From Octopus sinensis (lineage: Eukaryota): a stretch of DNA of 10,332 nt. Positions 1-8,116 of this stretch are shown here, one piece after another. Position 1 is the stretch's first letter. Each line of letters starts with the position of its first letter. A model generated the notes under the pieces. The model was not told where the DNA came from and did not search any database. It saw nothing but the letters and a program-made list of their open reading frames with translations. Where the stretch lies: NCBI RefSeq assembly GCF_006345805.1, contig NW_021827447.1:1-10332 (forward strand), read 5' to 3'. Both the position numbers and the translations under genes were made by a program.

Positions 1-558
1 TATAGATATGTTATATAAAGCTATCGCTTCATCGCCTGAATGAAGACCCGGTTCTGTAGTAGGATTTATTTGTTCCTCATTTCAATAGTGTCTAGTATTT
101 CTATGCAGTTCTCGCTTCAAGATATATTTGAAATTTTGTAAAGTAGCATATATTTCTCGAGAGAATAGAATAATAGTGTAACGAACGAATGATTGCTTTT
201 CATAACGAAGCTACAAACAGCTAATCGAGTAAAATACATTTGCCTCGAGGTATATTCGATCAGGGTGCATCTATTTCAAACAAGAACAACGACAAGAACA
301 AATTACTGAACAATCTCCAGCCTTGATGTAGTGCAGAAATTATTGGATTTCCTCTGGAGTATACTGCAGCTGTACGTTATCCAGAGTTCGAATATTATTT
401 TCCCATTCATTCGCTCTTCCTTCGTCGTGGTTGTACAACCAATTCCAACCGGTCAGGATTCACAATACAGGTTATATTAGTTTTTTCTTTCCATCTCGGA
501 ATTCGAAACATGGCTTGTGAGATGATTTTCATGAGTCACAATCTCACTCGTCACAAGA

Positions 559-681
559 TTTACGCCTGAGTGGACAGAACAACGTGAAATGAAGAGTTTT
601 GATCAAGAACACAACGCTCATTCGGTCTGGGAATCGAAACATTGATCTCGAGACCAAGAGTGCAACACCCTAAATAGTAAG
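559..681 (-). mobile_element. 5' part (tRNA-like head plus CORE-like domain) of a decayed SINE, second family
   Basis: The minus strand reads ...TTAGGGTGTTGCACTC...GTTTCGATTCCCAGACCG...GCGTTGTGTTCTTGATCAAAACTCTTCATTTCACGTTG...GTCCACTCAGGCGTAAA. A B-box-like GTTTCGATTCC (+ strand 630-640) is followed by a segment resembling the CORE-SINE domain (TGTG..CTTGRGCAAG..ACTT...CTCA..TGTAAA). The octopus family assignment is from memory and the 3' boundary is uncertain. Confidence 0.65.
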
Positions 682-1590
682 TTCCCGAAATTACAATATC
701 TTAATTAATAGCGACAGAAGTAATACCAATAACAATAAGTAATATCTTATTTTTTCAATATATCTGAGTAGTTGTGGTTATACACTAGCTAACCATGAGT
801 GGGACTAAAATCTGATTTGACTTCTATGTGGACTTTCTTTACTTAATTTGTTAAAACATTGCTTCTGCAAATCAGAGTTGCTTTGCGATGAAATCACGTA
901 TGGCTAATTTAGCTAATAAAATGCTGTATATCAAAAGAATAAAGTGTTCATTTATGACATGTATTAATGTGATAAACAGAGACATTTACTTAACCTTTCA
1001 TGATATTTAACATTTCTGATTGGAAGATCAGCCAGCTCTGTTGACCTGTAAAAATCTAGAAAATCCTCAATGCTTGAAGTACAGAGACATTTAATATTAA
1101 ATGCACTGACAAGCAAAATTCCTGCTGCTAATACGAACTCATGTTCAATGCGTTTGTTGTCTTGCGTTGTATGTATTTGACTATTTCACGTTTATGTTAT
1201 TTACGAGCCAAGGTCATCGTTATTATACTGAACCCAATACGAAATACTCAGTACTTTGCCAGTTTAATGAATTCCGAACTGGATATAATTATGCCATTAT
1301 GGATCACATTTAAATTGCAAAATTCGCAGTAAGGCGTTTCATTATTGAGTCGGTATATCTGTGCTTTTAATCTTCAGTGTTATAAGGTACCATGTAAACT
1401 GAATGGAATTAAATTACCTCAGCAGCTGTCAGAAGTTATATTATAGCGAAATTAAGAGGTGGATATATTATATCTACGATGCCAATATTTTACTCTGTTT
1501 GATTGTACATTCACTCTGTTTGTGAGTCATAAATTACACAGAGCATAAAATATATAACGAAATTTTCCATATAAATATTTTTGCAGTTAT

Positions 1591-1742
1591 GTTGTTGTCG
1601 TTGTTTCTATATGCAAAGGTGTTCTAATAGTGAACATCCTACTTCTTCATTTTGCAGACATAACATATCTAGGTCTACATTAGCTGATGTGCTATCCGTC
1701 CTTCTTTAAGCGACGGCGAGGTGTGATTTGAGCGATTGGACT
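1591..1742 (-). mobile_element. Decayed 3' portion of an octopus-type interspersed retroposon ending in a (CAA)n-like tail
   Basis: GTTGTTGTCGTTGTT at 1591 reads as a (CAA)n tail on the minus strand. It is followed by CAAAGGTGTTC...AGACATAACATATCTAGGTCTACATTA...GACGGCGAGGTGTGATTTGAG, which resembles a common octopus repeat as I recall it. There is no second in-window copy to confirm this. Confidence 0.45.
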
Positions 1743-1823
1743 TAATGGGAAAACAATAGCGCCTGAAAAATGAAAGTCATAACAATAGAGGGTGGGAGAG
1801 AGCTAGCTAGTTAGACAAATGAA

Positions 1824-1941
1824 ATAGATATAGATAGATTGATAAGATATAGACAAATACAGCCAGATAGATAGATACAGAGATAGAAATGGATAGAGAG
1901 ATATAGATAGAGATAGAGAGAGATATAGAGATATAGAGATA
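1824..1941. repeat. Imperfect (GATA)n/(GA)n microsatellite
   Basis: TAGATATAGATAGATTGATAAGATATAGAC...GATAGATAGATA...GAGAGAGATATAGAGATATAGAGAT read directly. Confidence 0.9.
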
Positions 1942-2228
1942 CGCGTGAAAAGCGAATACATACACATCTCTGTTTTATATATTAGATGAGATTGTGATAA
2001 TTTTTTGACCAATGAATGTAAGAGAGACAATCAATTTCTGAAAGTTACTTTGCAAAAGAGTTACCTTCCTTCTCCATATAACCCAGGAACGGGTATTTTC
2101 TGCCTCCAGGGGGGCCTGTTACTCATTATGTGAAAGATTTTAAGAGTCTAAGCGTTTCTGGAAAATAAGTAATCTATGTTCCCAGTTTGGAGAAAATCAG
2201 TTGAAAAATACGGCCGTTATAATCTTTT

Positions 2229-2235
2229 ACACACA

Positions 2236-2271
<36 letters not shown>

Positions 2272-2273
2272 CA

Positions 2274-2308
<35 letters not shown>

Positions 2309-2340
2309 CACACACACTCACACACACACACACACACACA
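2229..2340. repeat. Compound (GCAC)n-(CA)n microsatellite
   Basis: ACACACACGCACGCACGCAC... then a long (CA)n tract with few interruptions; alternating purine-pyrimidine. Confidence 0.97.
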
Positions 2341-2472
2341 AACAGAACGGGATTTATATTATAGATTTTCATCTGAATAAACTCGAGAAACGGGAAATGA
2401 TGCGCTTTGCTTATGGACAGAATGAGCCGCAAGGCCCAAGTGAAAAAACCCACCCCGAATAAATATCCATAA

Positions 2473-2963
2473 GCTCGACACGATCAAATAGTTGAGAAGC
2501 ATAGTTTGCGACAAGTGTTTTCGGGTTCAGTGCCATTGACTGGCACCTTGGGAAAATGATTCCTACTATGACACTGGTTTATCGATGCCTTTGAGTGAAT
2601 TTGGTACATCAAAACTGTGTGAAGGCCTGTCGCGTGTGTGTGGACATGTGAGCTTCTTCGTGTGTGTATGCTTCCCCCATAACTGCTTCACGCCCGGTGT
2701 GGTAATGTTTATGTCTCCGTTATCTAGTGTTTTAGCAATACAGTCCAATGGAATAATTACAGGACTTAAAAAGATAAGTACAGTACTGCCTCGATATTCG
2801 AGTTAATTCATTCCTGGTGAAGGCACGTAATGCAAAAACTCGTAAACACGGGGTCTCGTAAAGCGAGTCCTTGTACAGTGAGGTATTATTGTAGCTGAGT
2901 CCTTTTATTCGACTCAAATCCAGAACGGTCGCAACACAAGTGATTGAAATAAGTAAAAATAGA
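2473..2963 (+). mobile_element. Old, near full-length tRNA-derived SINE (same family as 7727-8116), interrupted by a MITE at 2781-2891
   Basis: It aligns by eye with the reverse complement of 7727-8116. Head: CGGGTTCAGTGCCATTGACTGGCACCTTGGGAAAA vs CGGGTTCAGTCCCACTGCGTGGCATCTTGGGCAAG. Body: TGAGTGAATTTGGTACATCAAAACTG vs TGAGTGGATTTGGTAGACGGAAACTG, with a central (TG)n tract. Tail: CCAGAACGGTCGCAACACAAGTGATTGAAATAAGTAAAA vs CCAGCATGGCCGCAGTCAAATGACTGAAACAAGTAAAA. The 5' boundary is approximate. Confidence 0.85.
2781..2891. mobile_element. Tc1/mariner-pogo (Tigger-like) MITE, 111 bp, with TA target-site duplication
   Basis: TA at 2779-2780 and 2892-2893 flanks imperfect TIRs: left CAGTACTGCCTCGATATTCGAG, reverse complement of right CAATAATACCTCACTGTACAAG (14/22 identical). 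Internal repeats CACGTAA, CTCGTAA, CTCGTAA, CTTGTAC lead to the right TIR. Removing it rejoins the host SINE tail. Confidence 0.75.
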
Positions 2964-3209
2964 GATTGTATCCACTAGCCTCCAAGTTCAAATAAATTAC
3001 GATATTGATTTGATCATGTTTTTATCTATATTTGCTGTAAATCTATGTTCATTCAGTGCATATCATCCTTCTATAGTCATTAATAAAAACCTTCCCTTTC
3101 CTACCACTTCTCGCTCTTATTGCCCGCTATCACCCTTGAACTATAAACTATGTGTTACAAGTCGGAAATGAAAATGAAAATATAGTCGCTGGAATTCGTG
3201 GAGACAAAT

Positions 3210-3960
3210 AATGGTTAAGTGCAAAACAAGCAGCGAGCAACAAACAAGAGCAAATACAGCAACAAAAGGAGAACAAGAGCAAATAGAACAACAAACGGAG
3301 AATAAAAGTAAAAGCAAAATCCATAACGAGTGTAAAAGCAAGGATAACAATCGTACAAACAAACAATACGAAAGCTGATGTGCGAAGTTTTAATTAAGAA
3401 ACCGAGCATTTCAAATCATTTGAATTGAATTCCGCAGCCAAATTATGTTATCAAGAGTATGATGAATCTATATAATTCTGTAACTGATTTGTTGATAAGA
3501 ATACATCGTTGTCGACGACGACAACTACAACAAAAACATTAGCGACACACACAAACATATAACTGTAATACTAATCTCGAATAGCAACGAGAACAAGAAT
3601 TACGAGGACTATCGAGGAGAAAATAACAAGGAAATAAAAACAAATAAAAAGACAAGAAAAACAACAAATACTGATGAACAAATGACGGAAGAAAACGAAG
3701 AAGAGAAGAAAAAAAAAGAACAATAATAATTACGGCAACGGACAAACAATTTGAAATAACACTAAAAGAAAACAATGAAAATTATATAGAAAGAAATGGA
3801 AAAGAAATAAATAAGATATGAAAGAAAAAAGAGAGAAAAGGTCGTTCCCACTTGCCGTCTCTAGAATAAGAAGAAATAATAAAATAATAATAAGAAGAAG
3901 AATAAAAATTAAAAAAAAACAACATTTTATAAAAACCCATACGAAACGAAACAAGTAAAA
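3210..3960. repeat. A-rich low-complexity region of degenerate (AAC/AAG/AAT)n repeats
   Basis: Strong A excess on the + strand, e.g. CAACAAACAAGAGCAAATACAGCAACAAAAGGAGAACAAGAGC and GAAGAAAACGAAGAAGAGAAGAAAAAAAAAG. It accounts for the F/L/C-rich minus-strand ORFs. Confidence 0.85.
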
Positions 3961-4175
3961 CAGCCTGGCAGCAACGTATAAATCTGTCTTCGTAGAAATA
4001 TTAAAGCGTATGTGATTGTGTGAGTAACATTAGCGGTGGAATAATAACGTACATGTCGTAATTACTTCTGTTTGGCGTGAACATACATTAACAACAATTA
4101 TCTGTGTACATTGCCTCGCTGTGCAATATAATAATTTAGAGATCATATAGTTTTTAATTGGCATCGTTGATTTAA

Positions 4176-4318
4176 GCGGTAGCAGCAGCGGCAGCAGCAG
4201 CAGCAGAAGTCACAGTAGCAGCAGGAGCAGGAGTAACAGAAGGAGTTGGAGTAACAACCGCTTCATCATTATCATCACCGTCGTCGTCGTCGTCGGCACC
4301 ATGACCACCACCACCACT
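4176..4318. repeat. Compound trinucleotide array (GCA)n-(GGA/GTA)-(TCA)n-(TCG)n-(CCA)n
   Basis: GCAGCAGCGGCAGCAGCAGCAGCAGAAG...TCATCATTATCATCACCGTCGTCGTCGTCGTCGGCACCATGACCACCACCACCACTA read directly. Confidence 0.9.
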
Positions 4319-4394
4319 AGCTGAACCGCTTTTGGAACAATACTCACAGAATGCAAAACTAGTACTATACCCACTGGGTAGTTCATCAGGGGGG

Positions 4395-4468
4395 AAAAAA
4401 AAAGAAAAAAGAAGAAAATAAAATAAAAAAGAAAACAAACAAAAAGAAGAAAGAAAAAAACAAAAAAA
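4395..4468. repeat. Poly-A-rich tract
   Basis: AAAAAAAAAGAAAAAAGAAGAAAATAAAATAAAAAAGAAAACAAACAAAAAGAAGAAAAGAAAAAAACAAAAAA. Confidence 0.9.
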
Positions 4469-4630
4469 GGATGCACAATTGAACCAAATAGAAGTAGACC
4501 TTTCTAATAGACTGACGTTTTACAATAGGTTAATCTTAAATTGAAATATAATCGATAACTCTGATATTCGACGCGGAAGAAACAATAACTATAGACTAGA
4601 ACATAACGCCCCCAAACTCAATATACTATA

Positions 4631-4814
4631 GATACACACACACACACACACCACACACACACATCCTACATACATAGATATATACATATGTGAATATACA
4701 TATATATGTATATATAAATACACAAAAATACGTGGATATATACACGTATATATGTATATACTTACACATACATATATATGTGAATATATATACATATATG
4801 TGTATATATAAATG

Positions 4815-4863
<49 letters not shown>

Positions 4864-4953
4864 GTATATATAAATACACATATATATAAATGTATATATA
4901 TAAATACATGCACACGCACATATATTTATATATATAGAGAGAGATAGATAGAT
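4631..4953. repeat. Long compound (CA)n/(TA)n/(TACA)n microsatellite ending in (GA)/(GATA)
   Basis: Almost continuous purine-pyrimidine alternation over about 300 bp; source of the Y/I/C/V/H/T-rich ORFs. Confidence 0.95.
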
Positions 4954-5022
4954 AAGAAAAATACTTCGACAATATATCCCTCTAAGATATACTATTTACA
5001 TTTTTAATAATAATTTTTGCTT

Positions 5023-5025
<3 letters not shown>

Positions 5026-5088
<63 letters not shown>

Positions 5089-5095
5089 GCGCACA
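5026..5095. repeat. Compound (CT)n-(CA)n-(CG)n microsatellite
   Basis: TCTCTC...CTCC ACACAC...ACGCGCGCACA read directly. Confidence 0.97.
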
Positions 5096-5572
5096 TATCC
5101 TCATACATATAATGCTTCTATTAAGGAAGACGTAACTTTATTTAGCAGTGCCTGAAAACTGTCAAAGTTCTGGCTTTCTCTCTCTATGCCTCTCTATCTC
5201 TGTATCTATCTCTCCCCGTATATGTGGCCACGCTCGCATGTGTGTGTATACCTACATATATATCTTTCTATCAACTTAGATATTCCTCTACCTAAGCACC
5301 CATTCATGATGTCAACCACTCATGTATGTCGTGTGTCTAAACGAGTCAGTCTTTTGATCAGCAACGGCAGACAGGTTGAATGGTTTCCTGAATATTAAAA
5401 TACACCGCTAGGTATCTTGTAAATATTTCATAGTTTGTTGCGCGACGAATCTAAAATCCAGTCTTACTATTTATTTAACGGACATAGACATGACCATAGT
5501 ACCGACTACCTGTTGAGTCGTTATGTATTCACACTAGTAAATTACCTCAGATGAGTTTTGTATTATCTAGAT

Positions 5573-5884
5573 CAGTGGTTCTCATCTGGGGTCAATCCTA
5601 GGGACCCACATAAGATTTTGTTAAAATTTAAGTGAAATAAATTGGTTTTACAATACACAAAATATTTTAATTTTTTTAAAAGAGTTCCTAATAATATTTA
5701 ATCATAGAAATATAAAAGGATTTTTTAAACATCAAAATAGTTATGGAGATACGGTAAAGTTAAGTTGGAACCAAAGGTGTCCTTTGAATCAAATAAATCA
5801 AAGGTAGAAGTTACCAAATTCTACTTTATTTGGTAGAATTGGATCAGATCTACCAAATAGGAAGAAAATGGTTGGGAACTACTG
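5573..5884 (+). mobile_element. Non-autonomous hAT (Charlie-type) MITE, copy A, 312 bp
   Basis: Left TIR CAGTGGTTCTCA(TCT), right TIR GGTTGGGAACTACTG, flanked by identical 8-bp TSDs ATCTAGAT at 5565-5572 and 5885-5892. An 8-bp NTCTAGAN target and CAGTGGTTCTCAA termini are characteristic of hAT-Charlie elements. No coding capacity. Strand is nominal (same orientation as copy B). Confidence 0.88.
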
Positions 5885-5892
5885 ATCTAGAT

Positions 5893-6232
5893 CCTTGATT
5901 CTCAACCAGGATTCATATAACCCTTGGAGGCGGGATCAATATACGATTTTTGGGGGTCCACGCATCGAAAATGGTAAACTGGGGATCCACTGTAGTATTT
6001 TAAGGGCCCATGTAGAGTTTTGTTTTATATGTACCTATTCCAAGAAAAAGATAGGTTTATTTCTCTAATGTTTATTTTAACTTAGGCAAGTCAATGTGTG
6101 AATAAAAAAATACAAATTTTGGAAGAAGTATCTATAAAACTAGATTTTATACATCGAATGGCTATGGGGTCGACCAAAATAGAATAGTAAGCAAAGGGGT
6201 CTATATTTAAAAAGCGGGGTTGAGAACCACTG
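5893..6232 (+). mobile_element. Non-autonomous hAT (Charlie-type) MITE, copy B, 340 bp
   Basis: Decayed left TIR CCTTGATTCTCAACC, right TIR GGTTGAGAACCACTG, flanked by ATCTAGAT (5885-5892) and GTCTAGAT (6233-6240). It has repeated GGGGTCCA-like subterminal motifs. Its 3' part (GATTTTATACATCGAATGGCTATGGGG...CAAAGGGGTC) resembles copy A (GATTTTTTAAACATCAAAATAGTTATGGAG...CAAAGGTGTC). Confidence 0.88.
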
Positions 6233-6249
6233 GTCTAGATTCTCATATG

Positions 6250-6289
6250 TTGCTGCTCCTGATGATGATGGTGATGACAATGATGATGA
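6250..6289. repeat. Short imperfect (GAT)n trinucleotide repeat
   Basis: TTGCTGCTCCTGATGATGATGGTGATGACAATGATGATGA. Confidence 0.8.
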
Positions 6290-6450
6290 GGTCTCACATC
6301 AATTCCAAAGTATGGACGTCCTATCAGCTGGGTAACATTTTCATCGCATTAGTTTGCACTCACGTGCGCCTTTACCATTATGTTGAGGGACAATCAGGGT
6401 AACACCCGTATGATAAAGACTAATTCTTTAAATTGCAGATACATACCATC

Positions 6451-6611
6451 CAATGAGATTCTATACAATTTCTGTCTTCGAAAATACACTGAAAGGCCTG
6501 GGTCGGTTCCATGATATGGCAAATCGAATTTGCTAGGTTCAGGTAGTGCCAGCTTGGGCAACTTGGGATTTCATGCTTCCGAAGCAAACTTCTCAAACTC
6601 TCAACCATCCG
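6451..6611 (-). mobile_element. Highly decayed 5' half of the same SINE family as 7727-8116
   Basis: It is collinear with 7960-8112. ATTCTATACAATTTCTGTCTTCGAAAATACACTGAAAGGCCTGGGTCGG matches CTTCTTTCAGTTTCCGTCTACCAAATCCACTCACAAGGCATTGGTCGG, and AGCAAACTTCTCAAACTCTCAACCAT matches AGCAAGCTACTTACCACACAGCCAT. The B-box region is eroded. Confidence 0.65.
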
Positions 6612-6633
6612 TTATCTAATATTCATATAGGTT

Positions 6634-6866
6634 TATGTATGTATGCAAGTGTGTATGTATGTATGTATAAATATTGAAGCATAACATACATGTTTATATA
6701 TTCACATAGACGCACATGATATTCATATCTATCTATCTTATACACGCACATATGCACATACACACACACATGAGACAGACTTAATGCATACGTAGGTACA
6801 TACTTATAAACTCACACATGCACACTTACATGCACACACATACACATACACGCACGCGCCCATACA
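6634..6866. repeat. Degenerate (TATG)n / (CA)n / (CATA)n microsatellite field
   Basis: TATGTATGTATGCAAGTGTGTATGTATGTATGTA...CACATACACACACACA...CACACACATACACATACACGCACGCG. Confidence 0.85.
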
Positions 6867-7726
6867 AACAGCTGCAGTGTTTGGTGGAGACCATATTTCC
6901 GAAAGCAAATTCATAACTGGGTAAGTCTAATGTACTTATCCTTTTGTAGTTAATCATTGTAAGATATTTAAGAATCAACAATACCAGTTTGTTCCAGTAG
7001 TTTGTATCACAACGTACATTTAAGGTTGTGCCTGTGAGATACTGAAATATTAAAGATAAATACCATATTTACCAAGCAATTACAAATTAATTTAAACAAA
7101 GTGTTTTGATATGATTGTAGCACACGTGTGTGGTACCAAGCGCCGCAATATACTTATCATGTTTAGATAAAATCTCATCTTAGTTCAGAATATATCGATT
7201 AATATCTGAAGAACCGGCGGCTGTTGTCACAACGCTGGTACTCAATGTTTTCCGTAGCTATTGTTAGCTACAATGGACTAATTCACCTTGCAGTCAACGT
7301 ATAAAAGAAAATATCCTTTTAAATTTAACCGATATGAACTACAAGGTCACATTGCCCAATGTTATTAGCCACTAGTATGATAACGTACAGGATCTTCATG
7401 GTTCGAGTTCCTTTTACAAATAAATCTCGGTTAGAGTTGATGAAAAAAGAAAAACAAGAAAAAATAAAACTTAAGAAACATGCTTAAAGCCCAACAAATA
7501 TCTGTTATGTTATTGTAAATTAAAACGAATACTGTTTCGCAATTTTAAAAATGCATAATTGGAAATTAACATTCTCAATTTCTAAAATTTGGATCGATGA
7601 AATTACAACTTTTTAAAGCCAGCCAATTTATGGTTAAAACTATTACTTTTCACGATTCGTGCACCAACGCCATCTTCCAGTCAACTTCTCGCGCTTCGAA
7701 CTATGCAATAATTCCACTGAAAACAA

Positions 7727-8116
7727 CTCTCTTTTACTTGTTTCAGTCATTTGACTGCGGCCATGCTGGAGCACCGCCTTTATTCGAGCCCAGTACTTAT
7801 TCTATCGGTCTCTTTTGCCGAACCGCTAAGTGACGGGGCCGTAAACACACCAGCATCAGTTGTCAAGCAATGCAGGGGGACAAACACAGACCACACAACC
7901 AACATACACACACACACACAACACACACCACACACATATATATATATATATATATATACGACAGGCTTCTTTCAGTTTCCGTCTACCAAATCCACTCACA
8001 AGGCATTGGTCGGCCCGAGGCTATAGCAGAAGACACTTGCCCAAGATGCCACGCAGTGGGACTGAACCCGCAACCATGTGGTTGGTTAGCAAGCTACTTA
8101 CCACACAGCCATTGCT
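7727..8116 (-). mobile_element. Well-preserved, near full-length tRNA-derived SINE (octopus OR/CORE-SINE-like) with internal microsatellite
   Basis: Minus strand: A-box TGGCTGTGTGG (8101-8111), B-box-like GGTTCAGTCCC (8058-8068), CORE-like CATCTTGGGCAAGTGTCTT, central (TA)n(TG)n at about 7903-7958, and tail GGTGCTCCAGCATGGCCGCAGTCAAATGACTGAAACAAGTAAAAGAGAG. Three homologous copies lie elsewhere in the window. No clear TSD. The family name is from recall. Confidence 0.92.

Noticed and set aside
30-290. Possible decayed DNA-transposon fragment
   Set aside because: No TIR pair, TSD or in-window homologue is identifiable, so it cannot be supported without a repeat-library search.
428-441. Perfect 14-bp palindrome TGGTTGTACAACCA
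   Set aside because: About one such palindrome is expected by chance in 10 kb, and there is no supporting context.
1410-5550. Exact 13-mer TAAATTACCTCAG at 1410-1422 and 5538-5550 (minus-strand donor-like GAG|GTAATT)
   Set aside because: The flanks do not align, a 13-mer match is plausible by chance in AT-rich 10 kb, and no convincing exon lies upstream of either copy.
5565-6240. CRISPR-like repeat-spacer array (three TCTAGAT repeats)
   Set aside because: The repeats are only 8 bp, the intervals are over 300 bp and carry TIRs, and the context is eukaryotic with no cas genes. hAT TSDs explain it fully.
8040-8116. Functional tRNA gene
   Set aside because: A/B boxes are present but the sequence continues into the SINE body, the B-box is non-canonical, and no acceptor stem is evident.
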